NCBI GenBank assembly: GCA_001805965.1
Contig: MHHG01000057.1
Coordinates: 13,514 to 77,513 of the forward strand
DNA: 64,000 nt
Direction of reading: 5' to 3'
Source: Omnitrophica WOR_2 bacterium RIFOXYA2_FULL_38_17
GTDB taxonomy: Bacteria > Omnitrophota > Gorgyraeia > Zapsychrales > Zapsychraceae
The position numbers and the translations under genes are program-made. How positions within the stretch are numbered: the first letter of the stretch is position 1; every line of letters begins with the position of its first letter. Under the pieces are notes generated by a model. It was not told the origin of the DNA. It saw nothing but the letters and a program-made list of their open reading frames with translations, and ran no database searches. Below, in pieces: positions 31,631 to 39,880 of the stretch.

Positions 31631-32444
31631 AAGTATATTCGATCGCTTGGTCGGAGCTGACATCGTCGTTGCCAATATCAATTACTCTAATAGAAGAATG
31701 AACTTGATACCAGGGAACCTTGCTAACAGCCCTTGGACGTGGCTTCATAGTTGAAGAGCCGCCATCATAACAGCGCTTAATTCCCCATTTTCCATTATTT
31801 GATTTTCCTTCATGATTATGCCCGTAAAGAATAGCGTCTACCGATATGCCTTTGCCCATTGCATCCATTAAGACCTTTTTTAATTTTCTAGAATCTTTAA
31901 GCTGATGAACAGGCCTTGCATCAAAAGGATGATGATGAAGATAGATAACGCGCTTTTTACAGGCACGAACATCTTCGCCTTCCAAGATATTGCGAAGTTT
32001 TAAAAGCTGATCTTTGCCTAATTCACCTTCGGCCCATATTTTGTCATACCAGTGTAACTCAGACATCATAGAATCCAAGCCAATAAAGGCCACATCCTGA
32101 ATAATATTTTTTATTGGATAATCTGCTTCATCCTTAAAAAAATGATCCTGGAATATCTTAACAAATTTTTTATCACCTTTGTTCCCTGTTCCATAATCAT
32201 GATTTCCTGGAACCACAAGGATATCTTCAAAGCCTGCTTGCTTTAAACATTCAAAGCCTAACTTAAGATATTCATAACTATCCTGATAATTAGCGTTGTC
32301 AACAAGGTCTCCTGTAATGACAATCACAAATTCCCTGGCATTAACTTTAACAAAGTCTCTAAGCCTCTCAACAATAACCAAAAATCTCTTCCCAAGATCC
32401 CTATACCCAACATGAAGATCGCTCAAATGTATTATTTTTTTCAT
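31620..32444 (-). CDS. calcineurin-like metallophosphoesterase
   Basis: Motifs HLSDLHVG, GDLVDN, GNHD and GHNH. Confidence 0.8.
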   Translation of the reverse strand: MKKIIHLSDLHVGYRDLGKRFLVIVERLRDFVKVNAREFVIVITGDLVDNANYQDSYEYLKLGFECLKQAGFEDILVVPGNHDYGTGNKGDKKFVKIFQDHFFKDEADYPIKNIIQDVAFIGLDSMMSELHWYDKIWAEGELGKDQLLKLRNILEGEDVRACKKRVIYLHHHPFDARPVHQLKDSRKLKKVLMDAMGKGISVDAILYGHNHEGKSNNGKWGIKRCYDGGSSTMKPRPRAVSKVPWYQVHSSIRVIDIGNDDVSSDQAIEYTYEK

Positions 32445-32561
32445 AGAGACATTCTATCAAACCCGCCATATTTTGCAATTTTCTTGAAATATGTTTTAAA
32501 TAAGATTCGGCAAAGCACTTTTAGAAATGTTAAATTGAAATATCCTTAGCACTAAAATAAA

Positions 32562-35216
32562 TCATTTTAAAATAAGCGGCAGGTCACTGGCAGGGGAAAT
32601 ATTGATTATCACTGGAATAAAACCATCAACACTGATACTGTCAAGAGGCTGATATAACAATGGCAAGGGAACACCTTCACTGTCACGCCTTATCTCAAAG
32701 TTCATCTGAGCTGGATTAAGGTCGATACCACCATACTTTGCCTCTTCTGTTGACGCACGTGCAACATCATCTTGGACAACCATCTCTTCACTTTCAGCCG
32801 CGGACGATGCGATCATAGCATTATCATTTAGTTCTTCTTTGCTTAAATACCCTGACATCTGAGGGGGCAGGTACATGAACATACCTGTATGATCAAATTC
32901 AGAATCATCAAAGGCCCCTTCTGTTTCCCTACCTAACACATCAACAACATTTTTGAATCCTAAACTATTATGAAAGCCTCTTGCACCATCATCTGCAGGC
33001 TCAGAGTAGATAAGGCCTTGAAGGTCCTCTATCACAGTATCATCTGAAATAGCTTCTCTTGTAACATGCGCAACTAACTTGGTAGCCAATCGCTGACCCT
33101 GCGCACTCGGCAAAACCTCAACAGCATCTATATAGTATGCATATATATCATTGTCAAACACACTTTTACTTAGATCGGCAAGTAATTCACTATCAAATGA
33201 TGCCTTTTTCTTGCAATACAATATCATTCCTTTTAAATTCCTATTTTGATCACGAACAACATACAACCTTGGATCTTTAGCATTAAACGTCGGATCAATT
33301 GTTTTACTATATGCCATTGCCCAATCAAGCTTGCTAATCTTTGCAAACTCTTCAACGCCGTAAGTATTATCACCATCTATCTGACGTAAATCTTCAAATT
33401 CTCTAATTGAATCTAAGATCTTTTGATGGTCTGAGACAATTTCACCATAGAGGCTAGGCGCCTTCTCCTCAGATAGGTCTACAAAATCAAAAACATCCTG
33501 CTTATATTGAAAATTCGGTTTTACTTGAGACACACGCTCAGCCATCATTTTTTCCCTGGCAACACTGTCTTGGGATCCGTCTGATAATTTCACCCAAATC
33601 TCGCCAGCCTTAGTATGACCGATCCCAAGCAATCGAACCTCGCCAAACAAAGGGCCAAGATCAGACCAATCCTTATACAGCAAAGCTTCTATTATAAGAT
33701 CAGCATTTGTAAAACCACCTCTTCTGTTAGAACCGGAAATCTTATAAAAAACATTTTTATCATCACGGTCTTGATAAACCTTCGCTTTACCTACTCCCCA
33801 TATTCGTGTTTTTTTGCTGACATCAAGTTCCTCATCACTTAAAAATCCTTCAAATTCGCTAAGCCCCTCTAATTTATTACGCATTCTTTCAATGCCAGAT
33901 CCATTTATATCTCTAATCCAGCTTAAATATCTATCAGTATTCGATTGTTCTTCTCCCTCAGCATTAAGACGATCAAGCATAGTTCCAAGCATTGAATTGT
34001 CAATACCAGGAACAGCTGCGCTTCTATATTGGTGTAAATTGATCTTAACTTTCCTTAGATCCCTTATTTGAGCCTTTAAGCTTGCTTGCTGAAATTGGGA
34101 CAGGTTATTAACATCATCTCTAATGTCCAGGACCTCCTGAGTTAACATTGCCAGATCGCCCCCACCCGAAAAATACTTTCTGGGAATTATCTGCTGTGAT
34201 ACAGGATCATAACTGTCCTTCACATAATCGTATACGCCTTCTTTAAATGCCATCAAATAACGCTTGTAGATTTTTTCATTAGCACTTTTATCCTCAATAT
34301 CAACACCTTTTACTTTGGCTTTATCAACATATATCTTTCCCAAAAGCGATTCTTTAAGCCTTTGCTTGTACCAGGATGCCAATATCATGGACTGAAATAT
34401 CTGCCTTAGGTTTGAAAATGTTTTTCCAGAATTAACTTCCTTTTCGATCTCAGGAATTATAAGGTCTTTGACTATTTCCGAAGACATACCGCTAATAACC
34501 TCTTTATCCCCTGACATAAGCTCTTCCATTCCCGACAAATCTTTACGAAAATGCTGCTGCAACGCCACATAATCTTCTTCGAGCATGATCTTCAAATGGC
34601 TTTCTACAACAAATGCACTCATTCCATTCTCATATACAACTGCTTTCTCAGGAATTATCCAGATTTTATTAAAAGTGTTCATGGGTATATCTGCCGTCCC
34701 ATATCTATCCAAAGCCTTTTCATATACCCTGTCCCAAAATTCCTGACCCAACTGTTCTTCAGGATACATTAATGAAGCCGATAGCTGTTTTAGCAAATAA
34801 TCCTGGGCTAAAAGGTCCCTGCCCATTTCAGTTAATCCAAATTGCTCCGGAATAATTCTGCCTTTCTCGTAAGGAGAAAGGTTAACCCACATCTGTTCTT
34901 CAGGAACAGTCAATGCCGCCAAAAAGTATTTGATCATCTTGCTTGATTCATCTTCAAATTCCTCGTTCTCTAATTGATCATCACCGGGAACAACAAAGAA
35001 ATCAATTTCTAACGGATTTTCAGCATAGACCGTCAGCCCCTTTATAATGGCTGGAGAATATACCTGAGTAGGCTGTAAGATCGTTTGTGGGGCAGGTAAT
35101 GCTATTGGCTGCGCATAGGCTGCTGTGCCTGCAGGCAAAATAATCTGAAGCAGGAATACTATTGCCATAAAGACATTTGCAAAACTCATAATTTCTGACT
35201 TTCTCTTTATTATCAT
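32562..35216 (-). CDS. large secreted protein (884 aa) with C-terminal GNAT-like acetyltransferase domain
   Basis: Signal peptide. The C-terminus carries GNAT motif A-like (VEVLPSAQGQRLATKLV) and motif B-like (GARGFHNSLGFKNV) segments. The rest is unrecognised. Confidence 0.4.
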   Translation of the reverse strand: MIIKRKSEIMSFANVFMAIVFLLQIILPAGTAAYAQPIALPAPQTILQPTQVYSPAIIKGLTVYAENPLEIDFFVVPGDDQLENEEFEDESSKMIKYFLAALTVPEEQMWVNLSPYEKGRIIPEQFGLTEMGRDLLAQDYLLKQLSASLMYPEEQLGQEFWDRVYEKALDRYGTADIPMNTFNKIWIIPEKAVVYENGMSAFVVESHLKIMLEEDYVALQQHFRKDLSGMEELMSGDKEVISGMSSEIVKDLIIPEIEKEVNSGKTFSNLRQIFQSMILASWYKQRLKESLLGKIYVDKAKVKGVDIEDKSANEKIYKRYLMAFKEGVYDYVKDSYDPVSQQIIPRKYFSGGGDLAMLTQEVLDIRDDVNNLSQFQQASLKAQIRDLRKVKINLHQYRSAAVPGIDNSMLGTMLDRLNAEGEEQSNTDRYLSWIRDINGSGIERMRNKLEGLSEFEGFLSDEELDVSKKTRIWGVGKAKVYQDRDDKNVFYKISGSNRRGGFTNADLIIEALLYKDWSDLGPLFGEVRLLGIGHTKAGEIWVKLSDGSQDSVAREKMMAERVSQVKPNFQYKQDVFDFVDLSEEKAPSLYGEIVSDHQKILDSIREFEDLRQIDGDNTYGVEEFAKISKLDWAMAYSKTIDPTFNAKDPRLYVVRDQNRNLKGMILYCKKKASFDSELLADLSKSVFDNDIYAYYIDAVEVLPSAQGQRLATKLVAHVTREAISDDTVIEDLQGLIYSEPADDGARGFHNSLGFKNVVDVLGRETEGAFDDSEFDHTGMFMYLPPQMSGYLSKEELNDNAMIASSAAESEEMVVQDDVARASTEEAKYGGIDLNPAQMNFEIRRDSEGVPLPLLYQPLDSISVDGFIPVIINISPASDLPLILK

Positions 35217-35435
35217 TTAATATTCCTATTAATATAGCTCTTGCTAATAAGTATAACTTAAAGCGCAATATTATACCAAAAGAGTTCCTTAACTACTGGA
35301 TTGCATCTGGCAATGTCCGCAAAGAAAGAATATTGCCTTGCTCAAAAAAAGCCAGAAACAACTTTTCAAGTAAATGAAAGGCTTTAATATATTCGTAGTT
35401 CAAATGTAATAGGATCAATCAACTTGAAGAAAAGT

Positions 35436-37967
35436 CTATTGTTTTGGGAGCAAATTATCTGTATATATCTCGCTTATTCCATAAGAACCCATAAATTGCT
35501 CTGCTTCAATTTCAGTATTTACCGTATGAACATATGTTGGAATATTCATTTCGGCTAATAGCTTAGGTAAGTCCGTTTTAGCTAAGTTCGGGGGCATCGT
35601 TACTGCAAAGGGTCCTTTAAATTCATTTACCCATTTCAATATATCATTTTTTGTACCTTTATATCTGTAAAGCGTCCAGATCACTCTGTTATATCCAAGC
35701 TTCTTGACAACAGAATAATTTTCAGGCTCATAGATCTGAGGAATAACCCTGTTTTCATAATCCTGCATTCTCTCTGATATTAGTTTTAAAGCTTGAATAT
35801 TATCGCCTTTAACATCAGTAATTAAAGTTGCAGATAAATTATTTTCAAGCCATTGTACCAGATCATCAAATGAAACACTCTTAAGATCAGAACTATCATC
35901 AAGCACCTCATTAAATTCTTTTAGTGAAGGCGGCATTTTATTCCCAACTATTTTTGCTTTTTGATAATATCCCTCAAAATCATGTACGCATACCAAATGA
36001 TTATCACTTGTAAATGAAAAATCGATTTCAAAGTACAAAAATCCATCTTTAAAATTTCTATCAATAGCTTTTAAACTATTCGTATATGTTCTATCATCTA
36101 TTGCCCCTCCAGCATGGGCCACACGTTGCACTTTAAAATTAGAGCCTAACTGTAATGCATCGCGTATCTCATGCGCACTTAATTTAATATTTTCCCTTAA
36201 TTTCCATTTTTTTAAATAATTTCCTCTTGTGCCTAATACGGCACAACAGCCTCTATCACCTAAATTATGGTCAATCTTATTCATTTTTGCACAATCATCT
36301 ATTAATAAAAAGTGACTTGTTATCTTGTCGTCTTCTAAAATATCAAACAAAGTTTTATTCCTTGGAAATCTGTTAAAGTTAAATATTAAGGTTGTTTTAA
36401 AGGCATCATCAAACCTAAGCAAAGCAGGGATGTTGAACTTCCTTTCATCTATCTGCACAACTCGCTCATGCAAATCTATTTTTATAAATTCATCGATCCT
36501 TGGAAATTCCCAAAAGGCTAAAGCATCCTTTCTCCATCCTTTTAAATTTTTATGGATCAGTTTTACTTCGTCATTTTTTACCTTTGTGTCCAGCAAATCC
36601 CTTCCCAATCCCACATCTCCTTTAAATCCTATAAAAGGAAGTACTGTCGGGCTAATATCCAAAGTTGACCCCAATCTATTTATCTCCTTTGAGTTCTTTA
36701 ACTGAGGATCAAAGATCATAAAAAGATTCCTTCTTTTCCCTAGATTCAATAGCTCATAAGCAGTATTCCTCATAGCAAGATGATCTGATTGCAAAACAAT
36801 TACTGTTTTTTCTGCATAAGGAGATATAGCAATTTTGTCAATGAATTCGGCAATCAAATATTCAGAACATGAAACCGCATCTAACATTTTGTTTGACCCG
36901 CTTTCAGATATTTTATTCTCACATCTTTGCGAAACATGTCCTACAGGTGCATGTGTACCCAATGTTAATATAAATATCCCGAAAGGCTTGTCTTTTTTTG
37001 ACTGATCAATGAAACTATCATATGCAATATCTAATAAAGAATCATCAAACAAACCCCAATTATTCAAATATGCCTTGTCGGGTAACCTGTCAAGCAATTC
37101 AGCATTACCATATACATCATCAAAATTATGCGTTTTAAAATATTTATCCTTGCCTGCAAACCTGATATCCGCTCCCCCGAAGAAAGAAAGACGGTATCCC
37201 TGATCATGGAGCAAATCTCCCAAGCAGACAGCCTTTTGTAAAAAAGTATCCATTCCTGACATTGCATTACCGTGAGATGTCGATATTAATGGCACCCCGC
37301 ATTGACTTGCGACTATGCCACCCATTGTATTGTGAGCATACTCTACCTGGACAATATTTGAAAAATCAATTCTTTTTGTCTTAATTTGTTTTATATATCT
37401 ATTTAAACCAGGAAAAATTGCCGGATCAAAATAGGTTCTTTCCATGCTTTCTGCATATATAACGATTAAATTCTTTTTCAGCTTGTCATTATGCTCAAGG
37501 TTAGGCTTCAAATAATGCTCACTAAAACTCTCAGAGCTTGTTTTTACAAAATATAGATTTTTTAGATCATGCACTGCAGGGTTCAATAAAATTGAAATAA
37601 ACTGGACAAAATATAGGAAGATCAATAAAGCCTTATTGCTGTTAATTGCGGTATCTTTTTTCTTTATAAAAACAATCAGCACAAATATTCCAATAGCTAT
37701 TATTGCAATAATTGAAAACCCTATGAGATTTGACAAATGTGCGAATCCTGAGCCATTAAAACCATATTTCAAATGAAATATAACAGACTCATCAATACCA
37801 TAGGAAGTAATTTCATCGGAGATAAAATAGAATAAGTTTAATAAAAGAGAGGCTACTGTTAAAAATAAAAGTATTAAAGTGTTAAATAAGCTTACTTTTC
37901 TTCTACGAAGAACAAATCCAAATATCAGAATAAAAACAAGAGATAAGTACAGATGTGGATTATTCAT
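35436..37967 (-). CDS. fusion of membrane-anchored LtaS/OpgB-like sulfatase-family phosphotransferase and C-terminal glycerophosphodiester phosphodiesterase (GDPD) domain
   Basis: N-terminal 5 TM helices, a sulfatase/alkaline-phosphatase-superfamily core, and a C-terminal GDPD signature (VAHAGG…NSLKAI…FEIDFSFTSDNHLVCVHD). Confidence 0.6.
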   Translation of the reverse strand: MNNPHLYLSLVFILIFGFVLRRRKVSLFNTLILLFLTVASLLLNLFYFISDEITSYGIDESVIFHLKYGFNGSGFAHLSNLIGFSIIAIIAIGIFVLIVFIKKKDTAINSNKALLIFLYFVQFISILLNPAVHDLKNLYFVKTSSESFSEHYLKPNLEHNDKLKKNLIVIYAESMERTYFDPAIFPGLNRYIKQIKTKRIDFSNIVQVEYAHNTMGGIVASQCGVPLISTSHGNAMSGMDTFLQKAVCLGDLLHDQGYRLSFFGGADIRFAGKDKYFKTHNFDDVYGNAELLDRLPDKAYLNNWGLFDDSLLDIAYDSFIDQSKKDKPFGIFILTLGTHAPVGHVSQRCENKISESGSNKMLDAVSCSEYLIAEFIDKIAISPYAEKTVIVLQSDHLAMRNTAYELLNLGKRRNLFMIFDPQLKNSKEINRLGSTLDISPTVLPFIGFKGDVGLGRDLLDTKVKNDEVKLIHKNLKGWRKDALAFWEFPRIDEFIKIDLHERVVQIDERKFNIPALLRFDDAFKTTLIFNFNRFPRNKTLFDILEDDKITSHFLLIDDCAKMNKIDHNLGDRGCCAVLGTRGNYLKKWKLRENIKLSAHEIRDALQLGSNFKVQRVAHAGGAIDDRTYTNSLKAIDRNFKDGFLYFEIDFSFTSDNHLVCVHDFEGYYQKAKIVGNKMPPSLKEFNEVLDDSSDLKSVSFDDLVQWLENNLSATLITDVKGDNIQALKLISERMQDYENRVIPQIYEPENYSVVKKLGYNRVIWTLYRYKGTKNDILKWVNEFKGPFAVTMPPNLAKTDLPKLLAEMNIPTYVHTVNTEIEAEQFMGSYGISEIYTDNLLPKQ

Positions 37968-38001
37968 TTAAAGTTCATTATCTTTTATAACATTGTATTT
38001 T

Positions 38002-38424
38002 TTAGTCATTTTTGTGCTCTTCAACGAACTTCATACATGCCTTTGCTATATCCTTGATGGATATCATTCCTATCAATTTATTATCATCAACTACAGGAAC
38101 ATGCCGGAAATTAAGCCCGCTCATCATATGATATACATCAAAAATTGATGTGCCAGAAGTAACCGTTGAAGGATGTATTGTCATAACCTCTTTCACATGA
38201 ACCTTTTCAAGATTCAAACTTTCAGGGACAACTCGCCTTAGAACATCCCTTTCAGTAAAAATACCGACGATTTCATCCTTATCATTACAAACAGCCATCG
38301 CGCCAATATTCCTGACAAACAGTTCTTTTATAGCCTCCATAATAGTGACCTCTTGCGATATCTTCCCCACCCTTTTTGCCATTATATCGCCAGCTGTTAA
38401 TGCTGATATTTTTTTTGCTAACAT
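38002..38424 (-). CDS. CBS domain-pair protein
   Basis: Two CBS motifs in 140 aa. Confidence 0.8.
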   Translation of the reverse strand: MLAKKISALTAGDIMAKRVGKISQEVTIMEAIKELFVRNIGAMAVCNDKDEIVGIFTERDVLRRVVPESLNLEKVHVKEVMTIHPSTVTSGTSIFDVYHMMSGLNFRHVPVVDDNKLIGMISIKDIAKACMKFVEEHKND

Positions 38425-38585
38425 TATCCCCCCCCTTGATTACATATTACCAAATTTTATTTCAACATAACAAACAATGCTAAATATTTCAGTTTTCTTT
38501 TCTTTGATTTACAATACATCGTAGCTATCACATAAATCAAGGATAATTAGCTTTTTTGTGCCGCAAGGAAACAAAATAATAAATA

Positions 38586-38627
38586 AAAAGGCCGCTCATT
38601 TAAATGACCGGCCTATTTATTCCGTTG
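38586..38627 (-). terminator. intrinsic terminator (GGCCGGUCAUUUAAAUGAGCGGCC + U-run) in the riboswitch-1 leader, just upstream of the CBS gene
   Basis: An 11-bp stem with one mismatch, then UUUUUAUUUAUUAUUUU on the minus strand. Confidence 0.6.
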
Positions 38628-38744
38628 GGGTCTTGCGGTGGAATTCCAGGGACTAACACAAACTTAATAAATAATTTTGCGCTAGTCCCTGGGGCAATAA
38701 CAGTCCGTCGCTCGGGGGCGGTTGGCAACGGTGCTATTGATCAT

Positions 38745-38795
38745 AATAAAAAAGACCTGTCCCTTATAAAAAGAGACAAGTCTTTTTCAGTAAAA
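38745..38795 (-). terminator. intrinsic terminator immediately 3' of riboswitch-1 aptamer (expression platform)
   Basis: GACUUGUCUC…GGGACAGGUC hairpin followed by UUUUUUAUUAU on the minus strand. An A-run on the other side makes it look bidirectional. Confidence 0.55.
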
Positions 38796-38814
38796 ATATC
38801 TACGCCTTTTTTTC

Positions 38815-38900
38815 GATTCGGCAACTGGCTATCCATTTCTTTGGACCCTTTAGCTTTGCGTCCCTGGGTTGCCCCAGGTTTGCCATTTTCGTCGTTATGC
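38815..38900 (-). promoter_or_regulatory. GEMM-I (c-di-GMP class I) riboswitch aptamer, copy 1
   Basis: Minus-strand RNA reads …AAAAUGGCAAACC-UGGGGCAACCCAGG-GACGCAAAGCUAAAGGGUCC…GGAUAGCCAGUUGCCGAA. P1 is GGCAAAC/GUUGCC. P2 is capped by a GCAA (GNRA) tetraloop. The GGGACGCAAAGC core is conserved. Confidence 0.7.
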
Positions 38901-38968
38901 CCCCTACTAGTTAAGTATATAACACATATAGTAAACTAGCAAATAAGGAGCGTTTATTCCTTTATAAA

Positions 38969-39868
38969 CTAACCACAATTGTAACAACTCTGCTCAAATT
39001 TCTCCCCGTTTGCCAGATACACTGTTAATTCCATGAATTCGCATGTTTTACTGTCTGAACATGCTGAACAATCAGTCTTAAGCCCAATATCAGCGCACCT
39101 TGCGCCTCCGGTGCTTGATTCACATCTATAGCATATACCATCAACATCCGGCAGCTCTTCAACCACACAATTGCCATCACATTCTGTACAATCTGAAAAG
39201 TTTAACAGATCAAAAACAGTGCAATCCTCTTGTCCTGCACTAACCAGCTCTTCAATGTCTTCATTAATCATTTTATAATTATCTGATATTTCGATAACAT
39301 CATCACCTTCATAATCCAGCTGATCTTCAGAATAATTCTCAGGCTCAATTTTTGAAATCAGCACAATTGTTTTGTCTTTTGCCTTGTCCTCATTAACATT
39401 TGTTTCAAATGTTAGTTCTTCGGGAATAGATTCAACATCTTTTTCATCAGATGTCTCTGTTACTGCCGGTATTTCTACACAAGAATAGCAGTCCTGACCA
39501 CCAGTCATTTTTTCAATTGCCAAACATTGAGCACCAGGAATAGATGTGCAGAATTCACACATATCCTTTGTAACAAGCCCTATATCCCCGCAAGTTTGGA
39601 TGATTTGCACCTGCACAACTTCTGCAACAGGTTCATTAACTGCTTTCTTAGTAATCTTTGCTTCTACTTGTTCAGGCTTAACTGGCACTTCTTCTTTAAA
39701 CAAATTTTCATATGTCTTTTCCGGCACCATAACATTAGAAACCTCCAGCTGTTTCTTTTGTTCATATTCTTCTATGGTTTTATTTGTCACAACCTTTTTC
39801 GAGCAGCCTACAATCGCTGCAGAGAATATGACCATTCCAACAACTGCAAAATATTTTATTTTATACAT
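38969..39868 (-). CDS. Cys-rich lipoprotein (secreted, many CxxC/CxC pairs)
   Basis: Lipobox AIVGCS. About 24 Cys, clustered in the C-terminal half (CYRCESSTGGARCADIGLKTDCSACSDSKTCEF…CYNCG). Confidence 0.5.
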   Translation of the reverse strand: MYKIKYFAVVGMVIFSAAIVGCSKKVVTNKTIEEYEQKKQLEVSNVMVPEKTYENLFKEEVPVKPEQVEAKITKKAVNEPVAEVVQVQIIQTCGDIGLVTKDMCEFCTSIPGAQCLAIEKMTGGQDCYSCVEIPAVTETSDEKDVESIPEELTFETNVNEDKAKDKTIVLISKIEPENYSEDQLDYEGDDVIEISDNYKMINEDIEELVSAGQEDCTVFDLLNFSDCTECDGNCVVEELPDVDGICYRCESSTGGARCADIGLKTDCSACSDSKTCEFMELTVYLANGEKFEQSCYNCG

Positions 39869-39880
39869 ATAGCACCTCTC

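Noticed and set aside
38604-38939. 111-aa plus-strand ORF from the six-frame track
   Set aside because: It lies antisense across the GEMM-like aptamer and its terminators. Its composition is driven by the structured RNA, with no RBS. Judged spurious.
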